Assembly: GCA_017542425.1 (NCBI GenBank)
Contig: JAFXXH010000017.1
Span: 2,129 to 66,128 of the forward strand
DNA: 64,000 nt
Origin: Oscillospiraceae bacterium
Lineage (GTDB): Bacteria > Bacillota > Clostridia > Oscillospirales > Oscillospiraceae
Direction: 5' to 3'
In this document: positions 27,565 through 37,272 of the stretch, piece by piece
Numbering within the stretch: the stretch's first letter is position 1
Layout of the letters: the number at the start of each line of letters is the position of its first letter
The notes under the pieces: model-generated
What the model was told of the DNA's origin: nothing
The model's database searches: none
What the model saw: only the letters and a program-made list of their open reading frames with translations
Translations under genes and position numbers: made by a program

Positions 27565-29268
27565 TCAGCCTCCGTTTCCGCCGGGGCCCATGGAGATCTG
27601 GAGATAGATCTTGCTGTGTTCCTCCACGCTGGTGTTCGCCTCCACACTCTGCCAGACCACATAGCCGGCGGGGGCGGTGCTCTCCACATAGGTGACGTTG
27701 CCCAGGGCCAGGTTGGAGTTCTCGATCCGCGCCCGGGCGGCCTCCCGCGTCAGGCCGATCAGGTTGGGCATGGGGACGCTGACGATGTTGGTGCCGGAAG
27801 AGACCGTCACATAGACCGTGGCGCCCACGGGGATCTTGTCCCCCGCCTCCGGGCTGGTGGAGATCACATAGTCCACCGTCACGGTGTTGGACACGTCATA
27901 GCGCAGGTCGGTGTAAAAGCCGCTGTTCAACAGCGTGGAGACCGCGTCGGTGTAGCGCTGGTTCACCACGTCGGGCACTTCGATGACCCGCGCCCCGGCG
28001 CTGACGGTCAGTTTCACGTCAATGCCCTTGCTCTCTTTCGTGAGGTTCTTGCCGCTGGGCGGGTCCTGGCGGATGACCACGTCCTCCTCCACGTCCGGGC
28101 TGATCTCGCGCTCCACGGTGAAGTTGTAGATACGGGTCAGCTCCCGGTTGTTGATGAGGTCCTGGGCGTTGCTGCCCACGAAGCTGGGGATGCTGATCTT
28201 CACCGGATCCATGAAGATCTCATGCAATCCCAGCGGCTCCCAGAGCACATAGAACGCGGCGGCGGCGAAAGCCAGGGACAGGAAGACCCCCACCAGCAGG
28301 CTGACCTTGGTGCTGCGGCGGTGGCGGCGGAGATAGCTCTCCCGGGGCAGTTCTCCGCTGCGGCCCACCGGCTCCACGTTGGGCGGCAGCAGGCTGGGGT
28401 CGTATTCGACCAGATCCTCCGGCGCTTCGATGACGGAGAGGTATGCTTCCAGGTCCCCAATCATCTCGTCCGCGCTCTGGTAGCGGGCAGCGATGTCCTG
28501 CTCCATGGCCCGGCTCACGATGCGCTCCAGTTCCTCCGGCACATCCGGGGCCAGCTCACGCAGGGGCGTGGGCGTGGCCAGCACATGCTGGCGCGCCACT
28601 GCCTCCGGGGTGTCGCCGGTATAGGGGAGCGCGCCGGACAGCATCTCATAGAGCACCACGCCCAGGGAGTACACGTCCGAGCGGGCGTCGGCGGGCAGAC
28701 CCTGGGCCTGCTCCGGCGAGACGTAATGGACGCTGCCCAGGCCCACGTCGTTGTTCTCCCCCAGGGCGGACTCCAGATAGGCGATGCCGAAGTCGGCCAC
28801 CTTGGCGGTGCCGTTGGGGTCGATCAGCACGTTCTGGGGCTTGATGTCCCGGTGGACGATGCCCTTGCTGTGGGCGTGGGACAGGGCGCGGGCAATCTGC
28901 AAGGCGACGTGGGCGCAGGTGTCGTAAGGAAGCGGCCCGTCGCTCTGCATGTACTGCTTGAGGGTGACGCCCTCCACCAGCTCCATGACGATGTAGTCCT
29001 CCTCCGGGGAGCGGCTGACATCGTAGACGGAGACGATGTTCGGATGGCTCAGTTTTGCCACCGCCTGGCCCTCTTTTTTGAAGCGCAGCCGCAGTTCCTC
29101 CTCGTTGGCCTTGTCCGGGCGCAGGAATTTGATGGCCACATAGCGGTTCAGCAGATGGTCGTAGCCCCGATAGACTTTGGCCATGCCTCCCGTGCCGATG
29201 ACCTCCAGCGGCTCATAGCGTCCGTCCAGCAGGACGCCCAGCCAGCGGTCTGTATTGGAATTATCCAT
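27565..29268 (-). CDS. prkC: Ser/Thr protein kinase with extracellular PASTA repeats
   Basis: GTGGMAKVY, HRDIKPQN and DFGIA kinase motifs, one TM helix, and three PASTA-like repeats at the C-terminus. Confidence 0.95.
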   Translation of the reverse strand: MDNSNTDRWLGVLLDGRYEPLEVIGTGGMAKVYRGYDHLLNRYVAIKFLRPDKANEEELRLRFKKEGQAVAKLSHPNIVSVYDVSRSPEEDYIVMELVEGVTLKQYMQSDGPLPYDTCAHVALQIARALSHAHSKGIVHRDIKPQNVLIDPNGTAKVADFGIAYLESALGENNDVGLGSVHYVSPEQAQGLPADARSDVYSLGVVLYEMLSGALPYTGDTPEAVARQHVLATPTPLRELAPDVPEELERIVSRAMEQDIAARYQSADEMIGDLEAYLSVIEAPEDLVEYDPSLLPPNVEPVGRSGELPRESYLRRHRRSTKVSLLVGVFLSLAFAAAAFYVLWEPLGLHEIFMDPVKISIPSFVGSNAQDLINNRELTRIYNFTVEREISPDVEEDVVIRQDPPSGKNLTKESKGIDVKLTVSAGARVIEVPDVVNQRYTDAVSTLLNSGFYTDLRYDVSNTVTVDYVISTSPEAGDKIPVGATVYVTVSSGTNIVSVPMPNLIGLTREAARARIENSNLALGNVTYVESTAPAGYVVWQSVEANTSVEEHSKIYLQISMGPGGNGG

Positions 29269-30016
29269 GCTTTCCCTCCGTTCCCAACTGCGCGATGAGG
29301 ATGGTGACGTTGTCCGTCGCCCCGGCTTCCAGCGCCAGATCCAGCAGTTTTCTGGCGGCCTGTTCCGGCTCCGGTTCCTCCCGCAGCACGCGCCGCAGCG
29401 TCTCGTCCGTCAGCGCGTTGCTCAGGCCGTCGGAGCAGAGCAGCAGCCGACTGTCCGGCGTCAGCTTCAGCTCGTAAAGGTCGGCCCGTATGGAGGCCTC
29501 CGTCCCGACGGCGCGTGTGATGATGTTTTTCTGGGGGTGGACTCTGCCCTCTTCCCGGGTGATCTTCCCGCTGGAGATCAGTTCCTCCACCAGAGAATGA
29601 TCCCTTGTGACCTGGCGCAGCCTGTCCCGGCTCAGAAGATAGGCCCTGCTGTCCCCCACGTTGGCCAGCATGGCGCGTCTGCCGGAAACCAGAAGCGCCA
29701 CCATGGTGGTACCCATGCCGATGCAGCTGAGTTCCCGGAAGGAGCGCTCATAGACCTGGGCGTTGGCGTAGCCGACCGCCTCTGTCAGGATGCCCTTCAT
29801 ATCCGCAGGACGGGAACTCTCATCCAGGGAGTTGGCCGCGTGGGACATGAATGCGTCGGCTGCCAGCGCGCTGGCCGTGGCCCCGCAGCGGGCCCCGCCC
29901 ATGCCGTCGCAGAGGACGGCGGCCAGCAGACGCTCCGAGCCGCAGAAGCTCAGACGAAAGCAGTCCTGGTTTTCGGCGCGCACCGCGCCCCGATGGGTGA
30001 TGCCGTATGCGTTCAT
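29261..30016 (-). CDS. stp: PP2C-family Ser/Thr phosphatase
   Basis: RAENQDCF, LCDGMGG and TDNVTIL motifs. It overlaps prkC by 8 nt. Confidence 0.95.
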   Translation of the reverse strand: MNAYGITHRGAVRAENQDCFRLSFCGSERLLAAVLCDGMGGARCGATASALAADAFMSHAANSLDESSRPADMKGILTEAVGYANAQVYERSFRELSCIGMGTTMVALLVSGRRAMLANVGDSRAYLLSRDRLRQVTRDHSLVEELISSGKITREEGRVHPQKNIITRAVGTEASIRADLYELKLTPDSRLLLCSDGLSNALTDETLRRVLREEPEPEQAARKLLDLALEAGATDNVTILIAQLGTEGKHG

Positions 30017-31068
30017 GCCTCAGCCGCTCCCTCCTTTTCCTGCCTGGTCCGCTCCCGCTTCCGGCGGAGCTGGCCGCAGGAGGCGTCCACGTCGCCGCCC
30101 AGGGAGCGGCGGACGGTGTAGTTGACCCCGGCGCGGTCCAGCACGGTGGAAAAAGCCCGCATCCGCTCCGGGCGGGAGGGGGCGAAGCGCCGCTCCTCCA
30201 CATGGTTCAGCGGGATCAGATTGACGTGGGCTTTCACCTGCCGGGCCAGGTCCGCCAGGGCGCGGGCCTGGCCCGGACTGTCGTTCACCCCGTCGATCAT
30301 GGCGTATTCAAAGGTGATGCGCCGCCCGGTGGCGGCAAAGTAGTCCTGGCAGCTTTTCACGATCTCCGCCACGCCCCTGCCCCGGTTGGCGGGCATCAGA
30401 CGGCTGCGGGTCTCGTCATCCGGGGCGTGGAGGGAGATGGCCAGCGTGAGCTGCAGGTCCTCCCGCGCCAGGTCCGCGATGCGCTCCGTCAGGCCGCAGG
30501 TGGACAGGGAGATGTGGCGCATCCCGATGTTCAGCCCCTCCGGGCAGTTCACCAGGCGCAGGAAGCGCAGCACCTCGTCGTAGTTGTCCAGGGGTTCGCC
30601 GATGCCCATCAGGACGATGTTGCTCAGCTTTTCCCCGTAGTCCAGCTGGGAGAACAGCACCTCGGCCAGCATCTCCCCCGCCGTCAGGTTCCGCACCAGG
30701 CCGCCGATGGCGGAGGCGCAGAAGGCGCAGCCCATGCGGCAGCCCACCTGGGAGGAGATGCAGACCGTGGCCCCGTGGGCGTAGCGCATCACCACGGTCT
30801 CTACGGCGTTGCCGTCGGGCAGCTCCCAGAGATATTTCACCGTGCCGTCGGCCTGGCTGACGGACTTGCGCAGACAGCGCAGGGCGCTGATGGTGCTGGT
30901 CTCAGCCAGCTTCTCCCGCAGGGCCCGGGGCAGGTTTTTCAGCGAATCAAAGTCCGCCGCCCCCCGGTTCAGCCAGGTGAATAGCTGGCGGGCGCGGTAT
31001 TTCGGCTCCCCCAGGGCTTCCAGCAGGGCTTCCAGCTCCCCGGGCAACAGGCTTCTCAGGTCCCTCAC
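30013..31068 (-). CDS. rlmN: 23S rRNA (adenine2503-C2)-methyltransferase, radical SAM
   Basis: CISSQVGCRMGCAFCAS radical-SAM cluster motif and a C-terminal GGDVDASCGQL. Confidence 0.96.
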   Translation of the reverse strand: MRDLRSLLPGELEALLEALGEPKYRARQLFTWLNRGAADFDSLKNLPRALREKLAETSTISALRCLRKSVSQADGTVKYLWELPDGNAVETVVMRYAHGATVCISSQVGCRMGCAFCASAIGGLVRNLTAGEMLAEVLFSQLDYGEKLSNIVLMGIGEPLDNYDEVLRFLRLVNCPEGLNIGMRHISLSTCGLTERIADLAREDLQLTLAISLHAPDDETRSRLMPANRGRGVAEIVKSCQDYFAATGRRITFEYAMIDGVNDSPGQARALADLARQVKAHVNLIPLNHVEERRFAPSRPERMRAFSTVLDRAGVNYTVRRSLGGDVDASCGQLRRKRERTRQEKEGAAEA

Positions 31069-32378
31069 GTTCGTTTCCTCATCAGTGCGATAAAAAATCC
31101 GTCCGTCCCATGGCGCTGCGGCCAGAGTTGCAGCATCCCTTCGCTGCTGCGGGCGCCGCGCAGGCCGTCAAAGTCCAGGGCTTCAAAGTCCTCCCGCCCG
31201 GCGAAGGCAGCGGCGACTTCCTCATTTTCCTCCGGGCGCAGGGTACAGGTGGCGTAGAGCAGCCGCCCGCCGGGGCGGACGTAGCGGGCCGCGTTGGACA
31301 AAATCGTCCGCTGCAGGGCGGGAAGCTTCCCAAAGGGGGCCGGGTCCTTCCAGCGGATGTCCGGCTTTTTGCGGATGACCCCCAGGCCGCTGCATGGCAC
31401 GTCCGCGATGACCAGGTCAAATTGTCCGTTCCAGTCCGCCCGATGCTCCCGTGCGTCGGCGGCCAGGGTCTCAACGGAAATGCCCAGACGCTCTGCCCCC
31501 GTCCGCAGACGGTGCAGCTTGTTCTCGTGGATGTCGCAGGCGGTGATCTGCGCCCCGCCACCGGAGGCGATGGCCGCGGCGAAACTCTTGCCCCCCGGGG
31601 AGGCGCAGAGGTCCAGCACCCGCTCCCCCGGCCTGGGGGCCGCCGCCAGCACGCTCAGGCGCGCCGCCGGATCCTGCACATAGAAATACCCCGCCCGAAA
31701 GGAATCCAGCCGGGCCAGCGCGCCGGTGGGTTCGGCGATCAGGCAGTCGGGCAGCTCCGGGTGTCGCTCGGTTTTCACGCCCTCGGCTTGAAGCTGCCGC
31801 TCCAGCGCCTGGGTAGTCGTGTTCAGGGTGTTCACCTGGAGGTGGAGCGGGGCAGGGCGGTTGTTCCCCCGCAGCAGTTCCTCCGTCTCCACCTCCCCCA
31901 GCCGGGCCAGCAGCAGGTCCACCAGCCAGCGGGGGTGGCTGTAAAGAATGGAAAGCCGCTGCGCGCTGTCGCCCTGGGGTTTGGGCAGCCTGGGGTCCGC
32001 AGCCAGAGCGCGCAGCACCGCGTTGACGTAGCCCGCCGCCCTGGCAAAGCCCAGGCTCCGGCAGAGGCGGACCCCCTCGTTCACCGCCGCCGGAGCGGGG
32101 ATCTTCTCCATCAGAAGGATCTGACAGGCCGAAAGGCGCAGGATGTCCAGCACCTTGGGCTCCACCCGGTTCAGGGGCATGGCGGAGCGCGATTGCAAAG
32201 CGTAGTCCAGCAGCGTGCGGTTTTGCAGCACGCCGTAACAGAGCGCCGCGCAGAGGCCCCGCTCCGGGCCCTGGAGTCCGGCGGCGTCCATCACGCTGCC
32301 CAGCACCGCGTCCGACCAGGCTCCGGCCCGACGGCATTTTTCCAGGGCGCGCAGCGCCGCTTCCCGTGCCGTGGCCAT
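31065..32378 (-). CDS. rsmB: 16S rRNA (cytosine967-C5)-methyltransferase
   Basis: N-terminal NusB-like domain, a DLCASPGGKS SAM motif, and the catalytic DVPCSGLGVIRKKPD and YATCT motifs. Confidence 0.95.
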   Translation of the reverse strand: MATAREAALRALEKCRRAGAWSDAVLGSVMDAAGLQGPERGLCAALCYGVLQNRTLLDYALQSRSAMPLNRVEPKVLDILRLSACQILLMEKIPAPAAVNEGVRLCRSLGFARAAGYVNAVLRALAADPRLPKPQGDSAQRLSILYSHPRWLVDLLLARLGEVETEELLRGNNRPAPLHLQVNTLNTTTQALERQLQAEGVKTERHPELPDCLIAEPTGALARLDSFRAGYFYVQDPAARLSVLAAAPRPGERVLDLCASPGGKSFAAAIASGGGAQITACDIHENKLHRLRTGAERLGISVETLAADAREHRADWNGQFDLVIADVPCSGLGVIRKKPDIRWKDPAPFGKLPALQRTILSNAARYVRPGGRLLYATCTLRPEENEEVAAAFAGREDFEALDFDGLRGARSSEGMLQLWPQRHGTDGFFIALMRKRT

Positions 32379-32379
32379 A

Positions 32380-33321
32380 TCAGCAGGCTGCGCCGTCCCC
32401 GGCGCACAGAGCCAGCGGGTGGCCGCGCAGGTAGTCCCCCGCGCTCATCCGCTTTTTGCCTGGGGCCTGGAGTGCTGTGATCCGCAAGGTCTCCCCGGTC
32501 CCGCAGGCGATCTCAATGCCCGCGTTCCCGGCGGAGAGGACGGTCCCCGGCTCCCGGTCCGTGTGTGTATCGGTATACTCCGCAGCGAAGACCCGGAAGG
32601 ACTTCCCCTCCAGCTCCATGGTGGCCACCGGCCAGGGCTGGAGGCCGCAGATGTGTTTGACGATCTCTCTGGGGCTGCGCGTCCAGTCGATGGGACACAT
32701 ACTCTTGTCCAGCGGGCGCGTGTAGCTGGCGCGGCTGTGGTCCTGGGGCTGCCTGGGTGCCCGGCCCGCCTCGATGGCGCGGAGGGTCTTCACCAGCAGC
32801 GCCGCGCCCATCTCTTTCAGGCGGTCGAACAGGTCCCCGCTGGTCTCAAACTCCCCGATGGGGGTCTCGTCCTGGAAGATCAGGTCCCCGGCGTCCATCT
32901 CATGGGACAGATACATGGTGCTGACGCCGGTGCGCCGCTCCCCGTTCAGCACCGCCCACTGGATGGGGGCGCTGCCCCGATAGGCCGGGAGCAGGGAGCC
33001 GTGGACGTTGACGCAGCCCAGGGGCGGCACGGCCAGCAGCGCGTCGGGCAGGATGCGGCCATAGGCCACCACCACCACAATGTCCGGGCGCAGGGCCTCC
33101 AGCGCGGCCAGCGCGCTGCCGTCCCGCAGTTTCGTGGGCTGGTAGACCGGGATGCCCCGATCCGTGGCCAGCGCTTTCACCGGGGAGGCGCTCAGGGCCA
33201 TGCCCCGGCCGCTGGGCCGGTCCGGCTGGGTGAAGACGCCCGCCACCGGATAGCCCGCGTCCAAAATCGCCCGCAGAGAGGCCGCCGCGAAATCCGGCGT
33301 GCCCATAAATACGACGCGCAT
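32380..33321 (-). CDS. fmt: methionyl-tRNA formyltransferase
   Basis: MRVVFMGTPDFA and NVHGSLLPAYRGSAPIQWA motifs. Confidence 0.96.
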   Translation of the reverse strand: MRVVFMGTPDFAAASLRAILDAGYPVAGVFTQPDRPSGRGMALSASPVKALATDRGIPVYQPTKLRDGSALAALEALRPDIVVVVAYGRILPDALLAVPPLGCVNVHGSLLPAYRGSAPIQWAVLNGERRTGVSTMYLSHEMDAGDLIFQDETPIGEFETSGDLFDRLKEMGAALLVKTLRAIEAGRAPRQPQDHSRASYTRPLDKSMCPIDWTRSPREIVKHICGLQPWPVATMELEGKSFRVFAAEYTDTHTDREPGTVLSAGNAGIEIACGTGETLRITALQAPGKKRMSAGDYLRGHPLALCAGDGAAC

Positions 33322-33836
33322 CAGTCCGCCGCCTCCGCGCCGTGGTAGTATGCGTCCAGCTCCTCGTCGTCCATGATGTGGTCGGCCAGGGAGTCAAAGA
33401 GGATGCCGTCCAGATGGTCCAGCTCGTGGCAGAAGGCCCGGGCGGTCAGGCCCACGCCTTCCGCCTCGAACCATGCGCCCCGGCGGTCCTGGGCCCGGAC
33501 CTTCACCTGGGCGGGCCGCTCCACCCAGCCGAAGACGTTGGGCAGGCTCAGGCAGCCCTCCGGGCCCTCCTGGCTGCCGCTGTGCGCGACGATTTCAGGG
33601 TTGATGAGTTCGATGATGCGCGGCGCTTCCCCCTCCGGGACGTTGGTCTCCAGCACCAGGCAGACCCGGCGCAGGATGCCGACCTGGGGGGCGGCCAGAC
33701 CCACGCCGTCGGCCCTGGTCAGGATCTCGGCCATGTCGTCCAGCAGGGTCCAGAGCTTTTCGTCGAACTTCGTCACGGGACGGCAGCGCTTGTCCAGCAC
33801 CTTGTCCCCTTTTTCCACAATGTTTCTCAGCGCCAT
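33321..33836 (-). CDS. def: peptide deformylase
   Basis: GVGLAAPQVG, EGCLS and HELDHLDG metal-binding motifs. Confidence 0.96.
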   Translation of the reverse strand: MALRNIVEKGDKVLDKRCRPVTKFDEKLWTLLDDMAEILTRADGVGLAAPQVGILRRVCLVLETNVPEGEAPRIIELINPEIVAHSGSQEGPEGCLSLPNVFGWVERPAQVKVRAQDRRGAWFEAEGVGLTARAFCHELDHLDGILFDSLADHIMDDEELDAYYHGAEAAD

Positions 33837-33845
33837 AGTCTCTCC

Positions 33846-36095
33846 TCAGAACAGCGGGTCCATGTCGGCATAGACGGACACGCCGCGAAATTCCTGTTTT
33901 GTGTTGCAATGGATCAAAATGCGGCTCACCAGGGCCCGGATCTCCCGGTCCGGCTGGCAGCGCAGCGTCAGCAGATAGCGATAGTTCCCCATGGCCCTGA
34001 CCACGGGATAGGGGGCCGGGCCCAGCACGTCCGCGCCGGATTTCCCCCGCAGACCGTGCAGCAGCAGTGCTTTGACCTCCGAAGCGCAGGCCAGGACCCG
34101 GTGTTCCTCCTGGCCGCGCAGCGTGAGGGCGATGAGCTGGGTGAAGGGCGGGCAATGCTGCACCCGGCGCAGGGCGATCTCGCTGCGGTAAAAGCCCTCG
34201 TAGTCCTGGCGGGCGGCGTGGCGGATCACCTGGTTTTCCGGGGTGAAGGTCTGGATGATGGCCCGTCCGGGCATGGATGCCCGTCCGCTCCGGCCGATGA
34301 CCTGGGTGATGAGGGAGAAGGTTCGCTCCCCGGCCCGGTAGTTGCCCGCGTAGAGGCTCTGGTCGGCCAGCAGGACACCCACCAGGGTCACGTTGTCGAA
34401 GTTCAGGCCCTTGGTGACCATCTGGGTCCCCACCATGATGGGAATCCGCTCCTCCCGGAAGCGGGCAAAGAGCGGTCCGTGGCCCCCCGCCGCGGAAACG
34501 GTGTCCGTGTCCACCCGCAGCAGTTCCACGCCGGGGAACAGCTCGGATAGCTGCTGCTCCACCTTTTCCGTGCCGTCGCCGGTGTAGTGCAGCCGTCCGC
34601 CGCAGGCCGGGCAGTCCCGGCTCACCCGGCGGGCATAGCCGCAGACGTGGCAGATCACGCTGTTTTTTCCCGCGTGATAGGTCAGGTTCATGGAACAGTT
34701 GGGGCATTGGAAGGTATAGCCGCAGTCCGCGCAGGCGATGAGCCTGGCCGTGCCGCGGCGGTTCAAGAATAGAATACTCTGCTCCCCGCTGTCAATGTTT
34801 TTTTGCAGCTCGCGGCGCAGGACGGAGCTGATGGAACTGGCGTTCCCGGCCCGCAGTTCCCGCTTCATGTCCACCACGGAGACCTCCGGGAGCGGACGGC
34901 GGTTATAGCGGGTGTTGAGTTCAAAAAAGGCGTAGTTCCCCACCTCGGCCTGATAGCGGGAGGCCACCAGCGGCGTGGCGGAACCCAGCAGCAGCAGGGC
35001 TCCGTCCTGGGCGCAGCGGAATTTCGCCACGTCCCGGGCGTGGTAGCGGGGGGCGTTTTCGGATTTGTAGGTGTCCTCCTGTTCCTCGTCCAGGATGACC
35101 AGGCCCAGGCGCTCCGTCGGGGCAAAGACGGCGCTCCGGGTGCCGATGACCAGATGGGCCTCCCCCCGGCGCACCCGCTTCCACTCGTCGTAGCGCTCCG
35201 CCACGGTGAGGGAGGAGTGGAGCACGGCGATGTCCTCGCCGAAGTAGGAGGAGAAGGTCTCCAGCATCTGCGGGGTGAGGGCAATCTCCGGTACCAGCAG
35301 GATGGCAGTTTTCTCCCGGTTCAGACATTCCGCGATCAGGCGAATGTAGACGGCGGTCTTGCCGCTGCCTGTGACGCCGAAGAGCAAGGCCCCGGCGGCG
35401 GCCTTGTCCAGCATGGCGGTGAGGCCTTCCAGCACGCCGGACTGTTCCGCGTTCAACTCCGGCAGTTCCGCCCGGGCCGCGCCCCGGCGAAATTCGGGCC
35501 GCCGCAGCCGCTCCCGCTGAAACAGCTCCAGCACCCCGGCGGTGCAGAGGGCTTTGAGGCTCTGGCGCGTGGCGCCGCTGAGGACGCGCAGGTCGTCCAG
35601 GCTGCCCTCGCCCACGGCGCTCAGCAGCCGCAGGGCCGTGGCCTGGGCTTTGGAGCGCCCTTCCTTTCGGGCGGCCAGCTCCAGCGCCTCCTCCGGCGAA
35701 ACGGCCAGGCGGAGCCAGTCGCTCAGCCTGTCGCTGGCCCGGCGGCGGCCCGCGCTGTCGAACCAGAGTCCGGCGGGCAGAATGGCTTTGACCGCTTCGT
35801 AGACGGTGCAGAAAAAGCGCTCCCGCATCCAGAGGGCCAGGGCGATCTGGCGCTCCGTCAGCACCGGGGCCTCGTCCAGCAGCTCCTGGACGGGCTTGGG
35901 GCCGGCGAAATCGCAGTGGTCGGAGACGCTGAGGATCACACCCTCGGCCCGGCGGTTGTTCCGGGAGAAGGGCACGGCCACCCGCATCCCCGGCGCGGCG
36001 CGTTCGGCCAGGCTGGGGGGCACCAGGTAGGTATAGGGCCGGTCCACCCAATAGCTCAGGTCGGAGACCGCCACTTTGACATAGCAAGCCGCCAC
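33846..36095 (-). CDS. priA: primosomal replication-restart helicase PriA
   Basis: GVTGSGKT Walker A, DEEQ box and the Cys-rich zinc region CADCGYTFQCPNCS...CHVCG...CPACG. Confidence 0.96.
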   Translation of the reverse strand: MAACYVKVAVSDLSYWVDRPYTYLVPPSLAERAAPGMRVAVPFSRNNRRAEGVILSVSDHCDFAGPKPVQELLDEAPVLTERQIALALWMRERFFCTVYEAVKAILPAGLWFDSAGRRRASDRLSDWLRLAVSPEEALELAARKEGRSKAQATALRLLSAVGEGSLDDLRVLSGATRQSLKALCTAGVLELFQRERLRRPEFRRGAARAELPELNAEQSGVLEGLTAMLDKAAAGALLFGVTGSGKTAVYIRLIAECLNREKTAILLVPEIALTPQMLETFSSYFGEDIAVLHSSLTVAERYDEWKRVRRGEAHLVIGTRSAVFAPTERLGLVILDEEQEDTYKSENAPRYHARDVAKFRCAQDGALLLLGSATPLVASRYQAEVGNYAFFELNTRYNRRPLPEVSVVDMKRELRAGNASSISSVLRRELQKNIDSGEQSILFLNRRGTARLIACADCGYTFQCPNCSMNLTYHAGKNSVICHVCGYARRVSRDCPACGGRLHYTGDGTEKVEQQLSELFPGVELLRVDTDTVSAAGGHGPLFARFREERIPIMVGTQMVTKGLNFDNVTLVGVLLADQSLYAGNYRAGERTFSLITQVIGRSGRASMPGRAIIQTFTPENQVIRHAARQDYEGFYRSEIALRRVQHCPPFTQLIALTLRGQEEHRVLACASEVKALLLHGLRGKSGADVLGPAPYPVVRAMGNYRYLLTLRCQPDREIRALVSRILIHCNTKQEFRGVSVYADMDPLF

Positions 36096-36129
36096 GGGCC
36101 GTCCCTCCCTTCGCCCGCGAGAAGCGCGC

Positions 36130-36360
36130 TTACTGCTCCGCTTCCGCCGCTTCCTCGGCGGCGGGGTCGATGCGGTGCATGGTCAGCTTGCCGGAATAGA
36201 CCTCGTTGATGGCGATGCTGACGGGTTTTTCATCCAGCGGCTCGTCCATGGCCTCATACTGGGAGGAGATCTCCCTTGCCCGCTGGGCGATGACGTTTAC
36301 CAACTGATAGCGGCTGCCGACTTTGTCGGCCAGCTCGGATACGGGGGGATACAGCAGCAT
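36130..36360 (-). CDS. rpoZ: DNA-directed RNA polymerase subunit omega
   Basis: MLYPPVSELADKVGSRYQLVNVIAQRAREI is the typical RpoZ N-terminus. It sits between gmk and priA, as in Bacillus. Confidence 0.9.
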   Translation of the reverse strand: MLLYPPVSELADKVGSRYQLVNVIAQRAREISSQYEAMDEPLDEKPVSIAINEVYSGKLTMHRIDPAAEEAAEAEQ

Positions 36361-36389
36361 GGTCTTGCACCTCTTCCAAAAAAATCGTG

Positions 36390-36980
36390 TCAGTTTGTTT
36401 CGTTCCCTGTCTGCGCCAGCCGGGCCTTGTAGCCGTCGATGATGCCGGACAGCTCCGCCGCGGCGCGCTCCACCTCGTCATTGACGACGACGAAGTCAAA
36501 GTGGACCCGCTCGGCGCACTCCCGCTCCGCCTGGCTCAGACGGCGGCGGATGGTCTCGGCGTCGTCGGTGCCCCGCCCGGTCAGGCGGCGTTCCAGTTCC
36601 TCCATGCTGGGGGGCAGGATGAAGACCGTCAGGGTCTCCGGGCGCTTGGCCTTGACCTGGCGGGCGCCCTGCACGTCTATGTCCAGATAGACATCGTAGC
36701 CCTGCTCCAGCTGGGCCTCCACGGCGGCGCGGGGGGTGCCGTAGAGGTTTTCGACAAATTCGGCGTGTTCCAGAAAGGCGTCCGCAGCCACCATCTCCAG
36801 GAACTCCGGCCGGGAGACAAAGAAATACTCCCTGCCGTGCTCCTCACCCACGCGGGGGGCGCGGGTGGTGGCGGAGACGGAAAAGCGCAGGTTCTCGCGC
36901 ATCTCCAGCAGGCGGCGCAGAATCGTACTCTTGCCGCTGCCGGAGGGGGCGGAGACGACGATGAGAATGCCCTTATTCAT
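36390..36980 (-). CDS. gmk: guanylate kinase
   Basis: [13 protein letters not shown]-loop, [13 protein letters not shown], and EELERRL. Confidence 0.96.
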   Translation of the reverse strand: MNKGILIVVSAPSGSGKSTILRRLLEMRENLRFSVSATTRAPRVGEEHGREYFFVSRPEFLEMVAADAFLEHAEFVENLYGTPRAAVEAQLEQGYDVYLDIDVQGARQVKAKRPETLTVFILPPSMEELERRLTGRGTDDAETIRRRLSQAERECAERVHFDFVVVNDEVERAAAELSGIIDGYKARLAQTGNETN

Positions 36981-37254
36981 CCGCTTCCTCCTCCGCGCCG
37001 CCGCGCTCCGCCTTCGCGCCCATGCGTCCGGCCACGGTCTCCGTCTGGACGGCGGAGAGGATCACGTGGCCGCTGTCCATGACCAGCACCGCCCGGGTAC
37101 GCCGCCCATAGGTGGCGTCGATCAGCAGACCCCGGTCCCGGGCGTCCTGGATGATGCGCTTGATGGGGGCCGACTCCGGGCTGACGATGGCCAGCAATCG
37201 TCCGGCGGAGACCATGTTGCCAAAGCCGATGTTGATGAGTTTCAGACTGTCCAT
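36973..37254 (-). CDS. remA: DUF370 / RemA family regulator
   Basis: [51 protein letters not shown] is the highly conserved RemA/YlzA core. Confidence 0.9.
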   Translation of the reverse strand: MDSLKLINIGFGNMVSAGRLLAIVSPESAPIKRIIQDARDRGLLIDATYGRRTRAVLVMDSGHVILSAVQTETVAGRMGAKAERGGAEEEADE

Positions 37255-37272
37255 GGTATGTGGTCCTTTGTA

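Noticed and set aside
26326-29298. 990-aa plus-strand ORF
   Set aside because: It is antisense to rsgA and prkC, both unambiguous.
34803-36209. 468-aa plus-strand ORF, and other long ORFs overlapping priA
   Set aside because: They are antisense or alternative frames of priA (Walker A, DEEQ and Zn-finger motifs are all in the 33846-36095 minus frame).
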